DNA of 24,893 bases from assembly GCA_964645805.1 (NCBI GenBank), contig CAZYBL010000002.1, positions 1-24,893 on the forward strand, written 5' to 3'. The stretch's first letter is position 1. Each line of letters begins with the position of its first letter. Made by a program: the position numbers and the translations under genes. The notes below the pieces were generated by a model, which did no database searches, had not been told where the DNA came from, and worked only from the letters and a program-made list of their open reading frames with translations. Below, in pieces: positions 24,696 to 24,893 of this stretch. This stretch comes from an uncultured Candidatus Peribacteria bacterium (GTDB lineage Bacteria; Patescibacteriota; Gracilibacteria; Peribacterales; Peribacteraceae).

Positions 24696-24892
24696 TTATT
24701 ATCCTCCTTCTTCAAAACAATAACCTCCCCCCTCCTAACCTCATTTTTCAACATATAATCCGCAAGCCTATTCTCAATCGTATCAACTATCGTTCTCCTC
24801 ATCTCACGTGCTCCAAACTCTGCACTATATCCTTTCTCAACCAAATCATCCAAGACATCAGATTCTAACCTGAGCTCAATCCCCCTTTTCTT
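24692..24892 (-). CDS. Clp/Hsp100 ATPase, C-terminal D2-small domain (partial, runs off the window)
   Basis: Frame from 24892 reads KKRGIELRLESDVLDDLVEKGYSAEFGAREMRRTIVDTIENRLADYML...*, with the GY...FGAR..RR.I sensor-2 motif. Confidence 0.88.
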   Translation of the reverse strand, partial: KKRGIELRLESDVLDDLVEKGYSAEFGAREMRRTIVDTIENRLADYMLKNEVRRGEVIVLKKEDNN

Positions 24893-24893
24893 T

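Overview
A 24.9-kb, mostly AT-rich bacterial window. Its gene style suggests a Patescibacteria/CPR organism, probably Peregrinibacteria/Peribacteria-like (inference); standard code 11 is in use. Core genes are rnhB, lgt (frameshifted), a GT-C-type membrane protein, a sortase, tsaD, a PKD-repeat surface protein with two in-frame stops, TPM/LemA, a SerA-like dehydrogenase, an O-antigen-ligase/TPR protein, a TrpR-like regulator, CIRCE-groES-groEL, a REP-associated tyrosine transposase, the 3' end of a Clp ATPase, tRNA-Pro(CGG) and tRNA-Leu(CAG). The strongest unexplained signal is two adjacent, complete ribosome-mediated attenuators, each with a promoter, near-leaderless leader peptide, 1:2 / 2:3 / 3:4 hairpins and U-tract. 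One has an Ile-rich leader (MIQKSIIISIIISPR) ahead of unknown ORFs. The other has a Cys/Ser leader (MNTAYILNCSPIASCTSRG) ahead of the SerA-like gene. The window also carries a family of period-7 intergenic arrays with different units but a shared degenerate consensus, several unrelated palindromic (REP/PATE-like) elements, and a GC-rich Planctomycete-like regulator beside tRNA-Pro. A TrpR-like gene is bracketed by an identical 24-bp palindromic sequence with 8-bp period. All coordinates and GC values were read or estimated by hand; no database searches were run.
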